Source of the DNA: an uncultured delta proteobacterium
GTDB taxonomy: Bacteria; Desulfobacterota; Binatia; Binatales; Binataceae
Direction of reading: 5' to 3'
DNA length: 64,000 bases
Assembly: GCA_963842085.1 (NCBI GenBank)
Contig: CAWJET010000001.1
Span: 1-64,000 of the forward strand
A program made the position numbers and the translations under genes. Positions 20,232 to 30,779 of this stretch are shown piece after piece (within the stretch, counting starts at the first letter, position 1; each line of letters begins with the position of its first letter). Below the pieces are notes generated by a model, which ran no database searches, was not told where the DNA came from, and saw only the letters and a program-made list of their open reading frames with translations.

Positions 20232-20261
20232 CGGGGCGCTCGCGCGATTGCGAGCGCCCCG
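20232..20261. terminator. GC-rich hairpin between the tRNA fragment and convergent ompA-like gene
   Basis: Perfect 12-bp stem CGGGGCGCTCGC-N6-GCGAGCGCCCCG; weak U tract. Confidence 0.55.
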
Positions 20262-20276
20262 TTGCATCTATGCGTC

Positions 20277-20966
<690 letters not shown>

Positions 20967-21157
20967 GTCCCCTCCCACCAGGCGATCTATGGCGCCGCTA
21001 AGCGCAAGCGTCTGCGCTCAACGAACGGCGTCACCCTAGTTCAGAGACATGTCGGAACAATTAGTGGCGGATTAATAGAATATGACGAGGGTACGAGCCG
21101 TCTCTCGGGTTGTTAACAAGACCTAGTCGCGGGCTAGATGGTCAGGCTCTGCGCTTC

Positions 21158-22894
21158 CTACAGCGCGCGGAAACGGCCGTCGCGCAGCGCGCTCAACGAC
21201 GACCAATCGCCCGACTCGACCACCTTGCCGCCTTCGACGACGTAAATCAGATCGGCCCATCGGATGGTCGACAGGCGATGCGCGATCAGCACGACGGTGA
21301 GTTCGCCGCGCCGGCTTTCGATCGCATCGAGCACGCGCCCTTCATTTTCGGAATCGAGGCTGTTGGTCGCCTCGTCAAGGATCAGCATCGAAGGACGGCG
21401 CAGGAATGCGCGCGCCAGCGCCAGGCGTTGGCGCTCGCCCTGCGACAGCATCATGCCGCGGTCGCCGACGACAGTATCGAGACCGTCCTTCAGCCCGGCG
21501 ACGAAATCGAATGCCGACGCTTGTCTCAGCGCCGCGAGCATTTCGTCCTCGCTTGCATCGGGCCGGGCCCACTTGAGGTTGGCGCGAATCGTGTCGTGAA
21601 ACAGAAACGTGTCGGGCGCTACGTAGCCAATCTGATCGCGCCATCCGCGCACGCCGTCGGGTCCGAGCGGTCGGCCGTCGAGCCTCAGCGTTCCCGAGTC
21701 GGGCAGGATGAGTCCCATCAGGATGTCGGCGATGGTGCTCTTGCCGGCGCCCGAAGGTCCGACCAGCGCGACGACTCTGCCCGCCGGAATCACCAGGCTT
21801 AAATCTCTCACGGCCGGCACGCGTCCCTCGCTGTAGGCAAACGACACGCCATCGGCCGCAAGTTCGCGCGTGAGCACCAGGCGATCGGACGAAGGCACAG
21901 CGGGCTCGGCCGCGGCGGCGCATCGCGCTTCGATATCGAGCAGGTTGCCGAACGAAGGCAGCGAGTTGACGAACGCGCGGTAGTGCTGCTGGCCGCTCAT
22001 GATTCGCGGCATCACGCGCGCGAACAGCAGCAACAGGATCAGAATCGACGCGGGCGGCACCGCCAGCACTCGAATCGACACGAACAGGACCACCGCGAGG
22101 ATTACGACCGAGCCGAGTTCGAACCAGGTTGCAGCGATCGCCTGCTGGCGGGTGCTGTCCAGGTTGGCCCGGGCTACCTCGGCACTCAGGTTGGAGAAGA
22201 TCGAATAATTGCGCTCCTCGGCGCCATAGGTCTTGGCCGCTTTGAGGCTTTGCAGATGCTCGATGGTGGCGGAGTAAAGCGACTTGTTGGTGGCGGAGAC
22301 ATCCTCGCCCTGCCTTTCGATCGCGTGCGTGCGTCCGCGAAAAACGAACGTCAGAAACGCGCCGGAGACCAGCACCAGTACGGTCATCCCGGCCGACAGC
22401 GCAAACGCGATCGCCATGTAGAGGATTCCGAGCACCGCTTCGCCGGCCAGTACGAGAGCGAGATTGGTGCCGAGGCCAACCCGATAGACTTCATGGGTCA
22501 GCGCGTGAGTGAAATCCGAAGCGCGGCTGCGGCATACGAACAACCAGTTTGCGTCGGCAATCGCATGGTAGAGGCTGCGGCGCAAATGAAGCTCGACTTC
22601 CTGTTGAACCGCATAAGTCCACACGCCCTGGATTTGTCCCAGCACGGTTCGCGCGCCAACCAGCATCACGAATACGCCGAGCAGCAGAATCAGCGACGGC
22701 TGCACTCCGATCGCAACGAATGCGTTCGAAGCCATCGCCGCGTAGTGTCCGGCTTCGCCCTGTCCGGCGAGATTAAAGCCGGCCACCTGCAGGGTGGGCA
22801 GCAGCAGCGCAAAGCCGATGTCCTCGCTCAACGAAAACAGGACCGACGCGACAACCACGCCGATCAAATGCCAGCGCGAGACGTGCGCGAGCAT
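21158..22894 (-). CDS. ABC exporter, fused permease/ATPase
   Basis: Multiple TM helices, GPSGAGKS, LSQGERQR, ILDEAT, AHRL. Confidence 0.9.
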   Translation of the reverse strand: MLAHVSRWHLIGVVVASVLFSLSEDIGFALLLPTLQVAGFNLAGQGEAGHYAAMASNAFVAIGVQPSLILLLGVFVMLVGARTVLGQIQGVWTYAVQQEVELHLRRSLYHAIADANWLFVCRSRASDFTHALTHEVYRVGLGTNLALVLAGEAVLGILYMAIAFALSAGMTVLVLVSGAFLTFVFRGRTHAIERQGEDVSATNKSLYSATIEHLQSLKAAKTYGAEERNYSIFSNLSAEVARANLDSTRQQAIAATWFELGSVVILAVVLFVSIRVLAVPPASILILLLLFARVMPRIMSGQQHYRAFVNSLPSFGNLLDIEARCAAAAEPAVPSSDRLVLTRELAADGVSFAYSEGRVPAVRDLSLVIPAGRVVALVGPSGAGKSTIADILMGLILPDSGTLRLDGRPLGPDGVRGWRDQIGYVAPDTFLFHDTIRANLKWARPDASEDEMLAALRQASAFDFVAGLKDGLDTVVGDRGMMLSQGERQRLALARAFLRRPSMLILDEATNSLDSENEGRVLDAIESRRGELTVVLIAHRLSTIRWADLIYVVEGGKVVESGDWSSLSALRDGRFRAL

Positions 22895-23078
22895 CGCCAG
22901 ATATCTCCGCAGCGTGCTCTTCGGCGGCGAGTTTGTCGGTTACACGAATCGTAACTGTCCGAGCGGCACAGGCGATGCGACGATTGCTCTAAACGCCAGA
23001 ACCCTTTACAGCGCTAGTGAAAGCGACACGAGTCTACAGGAGCAATCGCACCGCGAGCAAGTCGGCGGCCTTTTCTCT

Positions 23079-23957
23079 TTACGCCAGCCGGGGGCGGACT
23101 TCGGCGTCGAAGCGATCGAGAAATTTTGCGAGGGGCTCGCCGCCGAGCGGGCTTATCAGGATCTCATCGACGCCGATCGCGGCGAAGCGATTCAGGTAGT
23201 CGGCGATCTCGGCGGGCGGCGCCAGGATACCTTCGACGTAACCTCCGGTGTCGGTCCATTTCGGCGCGAAGCCCAGATACAGGCGATGACTTATCGAGAA
23301 GCCGTCGAGGCTGCGGCCACGGCGGGCGGCAAGCGCGCGAATCCATCCGATGCGCTCGGCGACTTGGCCGGGATTCATCCGGGTGCCATGCCAGCCGTCG
23401 CCGAGTTCGACGGCGCGGCGAATAGCGCGACGGCTTATGCCGCCTACCCAAATCGGGATGTTGCCTGCGGCGGGACGCGGCCCGAAGCGCATGCCTGTTA
23501 GGTCGAAGAACTCACCGTGAAATTCCGGAACTGCGGCGGACCACACCGCGCGCATCAGGGCGATTGCCTCGTCGGTGTAGGCGCCGCGTTTTTCGAATGA
23601 TACGCCGAGCGCGCGAAACTCGGCTTCGAGCCATCCGCTGGCCACTCCCGCGACGACGCGGCCGGACGACAGCCGGTCGAGCGTAGCGAGTTCCTTGGCG
23701 AGATGAATCGCGTTGCGATACGGCACCACGATCACGCTGGTCGCGAGCTTGATGCGGCTGGTGAGGGCAGCGGCGTAGGCCAGCGTCGCGATGGGTTCCA
23801 ATATTTCGAGCGCGGGCAACCGTCCGCCCGATTCGGGCACTATCAGATGATCGCTGACCCAGATTGATTCGTAGCCAGCCTGTTCGGCGCGCCTCGCGGC
23901 CTGCGCGATTTCGCCGGGCGCGGCGCCGATCTGGGGCAGATGAAGTCCGACTTTCGT
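23079..23957 (-). CDS. LLM-class (F420-dependent-like) oxidoreductase
   Basis: KVGLHLP...SIWVSDHL, ATLDRLSSGR, PIWVGG, LGDGW; frame stays open upstream to an ACG codon at 23957. Confidence 0.85.
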   Translation of the reverse strand, partial: TKVGLHLPQIGAAPGEIAQAARRAEQAGYESIWVSDHLIVPESGGRLPALEILEPIATLAYAAALTSRIKLATSVIVVPYRNAIHLAKELATLDRLSSGRVVAGVASGWLEAEFRALGVSFEKRGAYTDEAIALMRAVWSAAVPEFHGEFFDLTGMRFGPRPAAGNIPIWVGGISRRAIRRAVELGDGWHGTRMNPGQVAERIGWIRALAARRGRSLDGFSISHRLYLGFAPKWTDTGGYVEGILAPPAEIADYLNRFAAIGVDEILISPLGGEPLAKFLDRFDAEVRPRLA

Positions 23958-23978
23958 GACCGTTCTCCCGCGGCTTCG

Positions 23979-24758
23979 TTAACTCTCGTCACCCGCGAGT
24001 ATCGCAACAATTCCCCGAGAGGTCGGAAAGTCCATTTTCAGGGAGCTCATGCAGAGCTTCCACGCACCGACGCTGTCGTGCTTGCCGATCAGCGCGAGGA
24101 GCTGCGACTTGACCGGGTCCTTGATCTGCGCCATCGCCGCCTTTATCCGTTCGCGCTGCTGCGTCCGCATCTTCTGCAGCCTGGCAAACCGTTGCATCCC
24201 GAGTTCCGTTGGACACGGCTGTACCTCGTACCACTTTCCATCTTCCTGGCCGATCGTCAGGTTCACCGTGGCGGTGGTGCCGTCCGGGGTCGTAAATTCC
24301 ATTCCCATCAGATGAGTCGCCGGCATCGGGTAGGTGGCATACTTCGTCGCATTCATCACATTTGGCGGCAGCTTGGTAATCGTCAGGTGAAAATTCCGGC
24401 TAATCGGAAGTTCGAATTGCCGCCTGATCCGGTCCTGCAGAAAATCCTGATTCTTGCCGATGCATTTCAGCGTGGACGAGGCGAACAGCTGCTTCATCGC
24501 GGCGAAGTCTTTGTTGTACATGGCGTTGGCGACCTTGTGCGCCAATTCCCGCTGCTGTGGCGTACTCTTCTCGGCTTCCTTCTCAGCCGCCAATTGCGGC
24601 GCCGTGCGGGTCGCAGCCCCCTTTGGCGCGGGGCTCGGGGCACGCATCGCCGACGGCGATTCATCCGGTTTGGGAGTCAACTGAGCAGAGGCGGGCGCAG
24701 CCAGCGCCGCCGCGGCCAGCACAAGCAAGGAAAATTTCGTTCGCAAGGACGTCAGCAT
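23979..24758 (-). CDS. Hypothetical secreted protein
   Basis: Sec signal (ASA-Q), host-like codon use, AAGGAG RBS. Confidence 0.7.
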   Translation of the reverse strand: MLTSLRTKFSLLVLAAAALAAPASAQLTPKPDESPSAMRAPSPAPKGAATRTAPQLAAEKEAEKSTPQQRELAHKVANAMYNKDFAAMKQLFASSTLKCIGKNQDFLQDRIRRQFELPISRNFHLTITKLPPNVMNATKYATYPMPATHLMGMEFTTPDGTTATVNLTIGQEDGKWYEVQPCPTELGMQRFARLQKMRTQQRERIKAAMAQIKDPVKSQLLALIGKHDSVGAWKLCMSSLKMDFPTSRGIVAILAGDES

Positions 24759-24874
24759 CTCACTCCTTCCGCGCAGAACGCGCGTGGGGCGCCTCTAAAC
24801 GGTCAAACCGCCCATCAATTTCACTGAATCGCGAAGAGCCTGCAAGCCGCCCTGCGAAAAAAAAGATGGCGAGA

Positions 24875-26941
24875 CTAATCTTTGTCGGGGATCGACTTCA
24901 ATTGCTCGAGCCATGCGGTCGCTTCGCTGTCCGAGGGCGCCCGCCAGTCGCCGCGCGGCGACAGCGAGCCGCCCGAGCCGACCTTGGGCGCGTTTGGAAT
25001 GGTGCTGCGCTTGAACTGGCTCAACTGGAAGAAGCGGTACAGGAACGTATGCAGATGTCCCTTGATGGTCGCGATGTCGTACTGGTTGCGGCGCTCGCGC
25101 GGGACATCCGGCCACTCGCCGGCGTCCTTGTCGCGCCACGCGTTGTAAGCCAGGAACGCGACCTTCGGCGGCGGGTAGCCGAAGCGCAGCGTGTAGTAGA
25201 GGAAGAAATCGTGCAGCTCGTAGGGGCCAATCGTCGCCTCGGTGTCGTGGCTCGGATGCCCGTCCGCCGACGTGCCGGGAATCAGCTCGGGGCTGATTGG
25301 CGTCGCGAGTATCTCGAGCAGCGTCGCACTGGTCTGGCGGCCGAGACTCTCGGTTTGCGCCAGCCATCGAATGACGTGCTGGATCAACGTTTTCGGCACG
25401 CTCGCGTTGACGCTGTAATGCGACATGTGATCGCCAACGCCGTAGGTGCACCATCCAAGCGCGAGCTCGCTCAAGTCGCCGGTGCCGACCACCAGCCCGC
25501 CGCGCAGGTTGGCCAATCGGAAAAGATGGCTGGTGCGTTCGCCCGCCTGCACGTTCTCGAACGTGACGTCGTAAACTTCCTTGCCCTCGGCGTAGGGATG
25601 CCCGATGTCCTTGAGCATCTGCATGCAACTCGGCCGGATGTCTATTTCGTCGGTCGCGCAGCCGAGCCCCTTCATCAGGCGGCGCGCCTGCTCGAGCGTG
25701 CGCGCGCTGGTCGCGAAGCCCGGCATCGTGACGGCCAGAATGTTCTTGCGCGGCGAGCCGAGCCGGTCCATCGCGCGCGCGCATACCAGCAGCGCGTGAG
25801 TCGAATCGATCCCGCCCGATACGCCGATCACGACCCGCTCGAGCCCGGTCGAGCGAATGCGGGTCGCGAGGCCCTGCACCTGGATGTCGAAGACTTCGGC
25901 GCATCGCTCGTCGCGCGTTGCGGGATCCGACGGCACGTAAGGGAACCGCTCGTAGCGCCGGGTCGGAAGCATCTTCCCGCGCCGCGGCAACTCCGCTGAA
26001 AACGAAATGCGACGGAAAAGCCGCACCCGCTCGAGCTCACGATGGGCCGTGTCGCCGAACGTGTTTTGACGCATCCGCTCCTGCGACAGCCGTTCGAGAT
26101 CGATCTCCGCGCACACCACTTGCGGCTGGTCCTTGAAGCGCTCGGATTCGGCGATAATGTTGCCGTTCTCCGCGATCAGCGCGTGCCCATCCCAGGCGAG
26201 ATCGGTTGTCGACTCGCCCACTCCCGCCGCTGAGTACGCGTAGGCCGCGAGGCATCGCGCGGATTGGCTGGCGACCAGCGAACGACGGTAGTCGGCCTTG
26301 CCGATCGTGATGTTCGACGCCGACAGGTTCAGCAGCACCGTCGCACCGGCAAGCGCAGCGTACGACGACGGCGAAATCGGCACCCACAGGTCCTCGCAAA
26401 TCTCGGCGTGAAACGCGAGCAACGGCTGCTCCTCGTGCTGGAAGATGAGGTTGTTGCCGAACGGCGCCGCGCGGCTCCCAGCGAGATCGATCTCGTCGCG
26501 CGTCGCGGCGTCGGCGGAGCTGAATTGCCGCGGCTCGTAGAATTCGCGGTAGTTGGGGAGGTTCGTCTTCGGCACGACGCCGAGAATCCGCCCGCGATGA
26601 ATCACAACTGCGCAGTTATATAGATGATGATCGATCTGGAGCGGCGCCCCGACCACGCTGACGATCGAAAGCTTCGCAGTCGCCTCGGCCACCGCGGCGA
26701 TTGCGTCGAGGCATGCGTCGAGCAGCGCACGCTGCTGAAACAAGTCGTCGCACGAATACGCCGTCAACCCTAATTCGGGAAACAGCGCGAGCACCGCCTT
26801 GCGCTCGGCGGCCTCGCGAATCAGCGCAATGGTGTGTTCGGCGTTGTAGGCGGGGTCGGCGACGCGAACCGACGGCACGCCAACCGCGATTCGCACGAAA
26901 TCGTGGTTGTAGAGATTGAAAAAGTTTCCGTTCCTGGTCAC
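24875..26941 (-). CDS. nadE: Glutamine-dependent NAD+ synthetase
   Basis: [16 protein letters not shown] nitrilase domain; SGGIDST, ENVQAG, GTGDLSE, VPKTLI. Confidence 0.95.
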   Translation of the reverse strand: MTRNGNFFNLYNHDFVRIAVGVPSVRVADPAYNAEHTIALIREAAERKAVLALFPELGLTAYSCDDLFQQRALLDACLDAIAAVAEATAKLSIVSVVGAPLQIDHHLYNCAVVIHRGRILGVVPKTNLPNYREFYEPRQFSSADAATRDEIDLAGSRAAPFGNNLIFQHEEQPLLAFHAEICEDLWVPISPSSYAALAGATVLLNLSASNITIGKADYRRSLVASQSARCLAAYAYSAAGVGESTTDLAWDGHALIAENGNIIAESERFKDQPQVVCAEIDLERLSQERMRQNTFGDTAHRELERVRLFRRISFSAELPRRGKMLPTRRYERFPYVPSDPATRDERCAEVFDIQVQGLATRIRSTGLERVVIGVSGGIDSTHALLVCARAMDRLGSPRKNILAVTMPGFATSARTLEQARRLMKGLGCATDEIDIRPSCMQMLKDIGHPYAEGKEVYDVTFENVQAGERTSHLFRLANLRGGLVVGTGDLSELALGWCTYGVGDHMSHYSVNASVPKTLIQHVIRWLAQTESLGRQTSATLLEILATPISPELIPGTSADGHPSHDTEATIGPYELHDFFLYYTLRFGYPPPKVAFLAYNAWRDKDAGEWPDVPRERRNQYDIATIKGHLHTFLYRFFQLSQFKRSTIPNAPKVGSGGSLSPRGDWRAPSDSEATAWLEQLKSIPDKD

Positions 26942-27031
26942 GTCGCGTCCCGTTAACAAGACTGTGCCGATTGTGGGCGGCTCGTACAAGATTGCCCGAT
27001 CGGGCATCGCTTCTCTATGCGGGGCCGAGCT

Positions 27032-27385
27032 TCATTGCTCCTCCTTTTCGACGAATGCCCGCAGCCGGTCTATGGCCACGTCCCAATCCTGCGAAATCTG
27101 ATCGAGATAGCGCCGCGCGTCAGAGAGCCGCTCCGTACGGAGCTCCCAAATGCATTCGCGGCCAACGTGGGAGCTGCGCGCGAGCCCGGCCCTTTCGAGG
27201 GCATGCAGATGCTTCGTGATCGCCTGGCGCGAAACCGATGCCCCGTCCGCCAGGTGCATGATTGACAGTGGCCCCTCGCCGCACAGCCGAGCGACGATGT
27301 GCAATCGTGTCACGTCGCCCAGCACGGCGAAGATGGGTGCGGCCTCGACGAGTTTCGGGGCGGCGGAAGTGCGGGTGGGCGACAT
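27032..27385 (-). CDS. ArsR/SmtB-family regulator
   Basis: FAVLGDVTRLHI...SRQAITKHLHALERAGL...GRE. Confidence 0.88.
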   Translation of the reverse strand: MSPTRTSAAPKLVEAAPIFAVLGDVTRLHIVARLCGEGPLSIMHLADGASVSRQAITKHLHALERAGLARSSHVGRECIWELRTERLSDARRYLDQISQDWDVAIDRLRAFVEKEEQ

Positions 27386-27395
27386 CGCGCTGCCG

Positions 27396-27890
27396 TCAGG
27401 CCGCCTGTGCGAGGTACTTCGCAATCAGCTTCATCTGGTGCTCCCATCCGTCGCTGTTGGCTGCGAAGGCCTTGGCGCGCCGCTCGATTGGAATCCGGTC
27501 GAAACCCGACTCGGTGACCGTCAGCATCGTGCCGCCGGACACCTCTTCGAGCTCGAACACGACCAGGGTCGCCTGCTCTTTCGAGTAGTCGACGCCGGGC
27601 TCGACGGCGTACGGATGCCAGCGGAAGGAGAAGAGCCGCATCGGCTCGATACGGTCGACGGCGAACTCAAACCGCATCCCCTTGTGGGGTTCCTGAAGCT
27701 TGGCCACCTCCGCGTCAACGGTGGTCGGTTCGATCCTGCCGTCGATGCTCTGGCCCGCGACGAAGGGGCCGTCGAACTTAACGCCGAACCAACTGCCGAA
27801 CTGTCTGGAGTCGATGATCGCGCGCCATACGCGATCGATCGGGGCGTGTAAGAGGACCTTCTTCTCGATGCGATCGGTGTTTGTCGCCAT
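27396..27890 (-). CDS. SRPBCC/AHA1-domain protein
   Basis: IEKKVLLHAPIDRVWRA...FSFRWHP...LTVTESGFD...GW. Confidence 0.88.
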   Translation of the reverse strand: MATNTDRIEKKVLLHAPIDRVWRAIIDSRQFGSWFGVKFDGPFVAGQSIDGRIEPTTVDAEVAKLQEPHKGMRFEFAVDRIEPMRLFSFRWHPYAVEPGVDYSKEQATLVVFELEEVSGGTMLTVTESGFDRIPIERRAKAFAANSDGWEHQMKLIAKYLAQAA

Positions 27891-27891
27891 A

Positions 27892-27956
27892 TGCAACCTT
27901 CGAGTTGCGCTTACGTTAGCTTCCCCTCGCGATGAGATGCAACCTCTGGGTTGCAT
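27892..27956. promoter_or_regulatory. Two TGCAACC-N4-GGTTGCA palindromes (probable ArsR operators)
   Basis: TGCAACCTTCGAGTTGCG at 27892; ATGCAACCTCTGGGTTGCAT at 27937. Confidence 0.65.
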
Positions 27957-28155
27957 TGCAGATGGTTGGGTTGGAAGTGCGTTTTAGAGAAGGATTCGGG
28001 ATTTTTCGCTTCGCTCAGCATGTTGAAAGTACAAAAATCTCTTTAGTTTTCAGTTACTTAGTCCGAGACGCCTCCGCGTTAAACCCGCTGAACAAATTGT
28101 TCAATCGAATGTAACGCCTATTGGGTGAAGGGCCCAAAGATTAGGAGGAACAGCG

Positions 28156-28326
28156 ATGTTTTCAACGCTCTATCACGAACAGTTCCCCTCCGATGACGGC
28201 GGGCAGAACCCGTCCAAGAGCTTCAAATCCCGGCTCGGCGACCAACTCGACGAGATGGCCATCTTTGCCCTGGTCGCCTGCGCCGTCTTCTACATCGTAG
28301 CCGCGAGCTGCTGGTTCATTTTGTAA
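28156..28326 (+). CDS. 56-aa small membrane protein (below ORF-track cutoff)
   Basis: AGGAGG RBS; MFSTLYHEQF...EMAIFALVACAVFYIVAASCWFIL*. Confidence 0.65.
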   Translation: MFSTLYHEQFPSDDGGQNPSKSFKSRLGDQLDEMAIFALVACAVFYIVAASCWFIL

Positions 28327-28433
28327 AGGCGTCAATCCCCCGAGCGCGCCCTGGCGGGGAGTCTCCGCGATGAGCGGAGCCCCCGCCGGGAAAAATCAAA
28401 AGCGAACCGGGGAATTAGAAAATTCCGAGTCCC

Positions 28434-28487
28434 ACGCCCGCCGGTGCGTTCCCAAAGGGGGGCACGCACCGGCGGGCGTCCTCTTTT
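28434..28487 (+). terminator. Intrinsic terminator
   Basis: 16-bp perfect stem ACGCCCGCCGGTGCGT/ACGCACCGGCGGGCGT followed by CCTCTTTT. Confidence 0.65.
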
Positions 28488-28602
28488 GCGTGCGTCGAAA
28501 GTGACCTCGCCCGCCTTGTCCGGCGGGTCGATCATTGCGATAAGAGGGTAGCGACACCGGCTTTCCGCGCCGGGTCGAAACGCCGTCGAAGGAGGAATCG
28601 CG

Positions 28603-29211
28603 ATGCCAGCAAAGTCAGCAGGTGACCGCGACGGGAACCGGCGCGTTGTGCCCGCGAAATTCGCGCACGCCGTGCTCGCCACCAAGCAATTCCAGGCGAT
28701 GGTCGATTGGTACACTACCGTGCTGCAGGCCGAGGTCGTGCACAGCAACGGCATGCTCGCGTTCCTCACTTACGACGACGAGCATCACCGGATCGCGATC
28801 GCCGCGGTGCCGGGACTCCAGGACAAGCCGCGCCACTCGGTGGGGCTGGACCATCTCGCTTACACCTACGCCAATCTCGGCGACCTGGTTTTCACTTACG
28901 AACGCCTGAAGCAGGCCGGCATCCTGCCGGTCGTGACGATCAATCACGGACCAACCACGTCGATGTACTATCGCGACCCGGACGGCAACCGCGTCGAGTT
29001 GCAGATCGACAATTTCGATTCGGTCGAAGAGCTGAAGGGATTCTTCCAGAGCGAAGCGATGCAAAAGAACCCGATTGGCGTGAACTTCAACCCCGACGAA
29101 CTCGCGCGTGACTTTCACGCCGGCGTGCCCGAATCGGAGCTGAAGAAATACGACGCTGCCAAGGGACTCGACCCCGCAACTATGCGGCGGCTGATGGGCG
29201 CCATTCAGTAG
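28603..29211 (+). CDS. VOC-family (extradiol dioxygenase-like) protein
   Basis: FAHAVL, YDDEHHRIA, LDHLAY, NHGPTTSMYYRDPDGNRVELQ. Confidence 0.88.
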   Translation: MPAKSAGDRDGNRRVVPAKFAHAVLATKQFQAMVDWYTTVLQAEVVHSNGMLAFLTYDDEHHRIAIAAVPGLQDKPRHSVGLDHLAYTYANLGDLVFTYERLKQAGILPVVTINHGPTTSMYYRDPDGNRVELQIDNFDSVEELKGFFQSEAMQKNPIGVNFNPDELARDFHAGVPESELKKYDAAKGLDPATMRRLMGAIQ

Positions 29212-29252
29212 TTTGAAAATCAATTTGACGGAACGAACCTAAGCGGAGTCGA

Positions 29253-30128
29253 ATGAAACTCGCAACCTTCACCCATGGCGGCGCGACGCGAATCGGCGTC
29301 GTCGTCGAGGACTCTATTGTCGACCTTGCGGCAGCCGAGCCTGAGTTGCCGCGCGAGATGACCGCGTTCCTGATGGAGGGCCCGTACGCAATCGATCGCG
29401 CGGCGGGTGCGGCGAAGAATTCCGCCAACCGGATTGCGCTTAAGAGCGTCAAGCTCGAGGCGCCCATCGCGCGGCCGCCCGAGTTTCTCGCCATCGGGCT
29501 CAACTACGCCGACCACGTCGAAGAAACGAGGATGAAGCGTCCCGAGTTTCCGATGTTCTTCAACAAGCAGTCGAGTTGCGTGACGGGGCCGGGCGATCCG
29601 ATTCACCTGCCGCGCACGTCGTCAGCGCTGGATTACGAGGGCGAACTCGGCTTCGTGATCGGCCGGCGATGCCGCCACGTGCCGCGCGCTCGCGCCCACG
29701 AGGTAATCGCGGGCTACGTGATCGTAAACGACGTGAGCGTGCGCGACTGGCAGCGCCGCTCGCCGACGATGACGCTGGGCAAGTCGTTCGACACGCACGG
29801 CCCCGTCGGCCCATGGATCGTTACCCCGGACGAAATTGGCGATCCGCACAAGCTGGACCTGAAGACGTTCGTCAACGGCGAACAGCGCCAGCATTCCAGC
29901 ACCAAGAATCTGATCTTCGACTGCTTCGCCCAGATCGAGACCCTGTCTACGGTATTCACCTTGATGCCGGGGACGATCGTTTCGACCGGCACGCCGGGCG
30001 GAGTGGCCGCCGCGATGAATCCACCCAAATGGCTCAAGGCGGGCGACGTGGTCCGAATCGAGATCGAGAAAATCGGCAAGCTCGAAAACAAGGTGATCGA
30101 GGAACCGGCCAGCACCGTATTAATCTGA
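29253..30128 (+). CDS. Fumarylacetoacetate hydrolase-family protein
   Basis: IGLNYADH, LDYEGEL, NDVSVRD, GKSFDT, TGTPGGV. Confidence 0.92.
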   Translation: MKLATFTHGGATRIGVVVEDSIVDLAAAEPELPREMTAFLMEGPYAIDRAAGAAKNSANRIALKSVKLEAPIARPPEFLAIGLNYADHVEETRMKRPEFPMFFNKQSSCVTGPGDPIHLPRTSSALDYEGELGFVIGRRCRHVPRARAHEVIAGYVIVNDVSVRDWQRRSPTMTLGKSFDTHGPVGPWIVTPDEIGDPHKLDLKTFVNGEQRQHSSTKNLIFDCFAQIETLSTVFTLMPGTIVSTGTPGGVAAAMNPPKWLKAGDVVRIEIEKIGKLENKVIEEPASTVLI

Positions 30129-30457
30129 GCCGGGGCGGGGCCGGCGGTGTCAATGACCAGACTTTTGGCATCGCCGCGGCAAAATTCTGCCGCCCGCATG
30201 CCTGCGGTCACCATCAGGAACGCGGGCGTCAATCGATGCGCGCAATCTTGACGCACGGCAAGCAGCACTTCCTCGCGTCCTGGAGTAGTTACTCGTCGCA
30301 ATCGGCTCTCCGGCCGGTGCGCATCTATGATAAGCGAGGAACGAAATAAGTAGCGTCAGCGACAAAAATGTTGCAACGATTCTACAATTTGTAGCCCTTG
30401 GTTGACTGCTTGGCGCAAGCGCTCCGCGGATTCGGGGCGTTGTTGATCAACCGCTCG

Positions 30458-30473
30458 TGGCACATTGATTGCT
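30458..30473 (+). promoter_or_regulatory. Sigma-54 promoter
   Basis: Consensus match TGGCAC-ATTGA-TTGCT, ~75 bp before a small ORF. Confidence 0.7.
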
Positions 30474-30546
30474 GCATCTCTCGTCGAGGAGAGGCGGTTC
30501 GGAGGGGCGGGATGTACGGTGTCAAACGCACTGGGAGGGCGCGAAG

Positions 30547-30744
30547 ATGCTGCCACCGATGTCGAATGGAATCCGCTATTCGGAACATGAGACCATCCAG
30601 GCAAGACCTTCGCACCCCGGAAAACTGAGCCGCCTCCTCCTTAGATTTCGCCCCCCTTGGCACGCCGACTACGCTCTCCAGAAGCCGCGCCGCGCGATCG
30701 ACCGCGACCTGCAGGAGCGCTGGCCAATCGATTACCCGCTGTAG
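30547..30744 (+). CDS. Small hypothetical protein (65 aa)
   Basis: GGGAGG RBS, downstream of the sigma-54 promoter; no recognisable motif. Confidence 0.45.
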   Translation: MLPPMSNGIRYSEHETIQARPSHPGKLSRLLLRFRPPWHADYALQKPRRAIDRDLQERWPIDYPL

Positions 30745-30779
30745 ACTGCCCCGCCTTCGTCTCTTTCGCGCTTCATCAA

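Noticed and set aside
24557-25999. Long alternative ORFs such as this 480-aa frame antisense to nadE
   Set aside because: Shadow ORFs typical of high-GC DNA overlapping well-supported genes.
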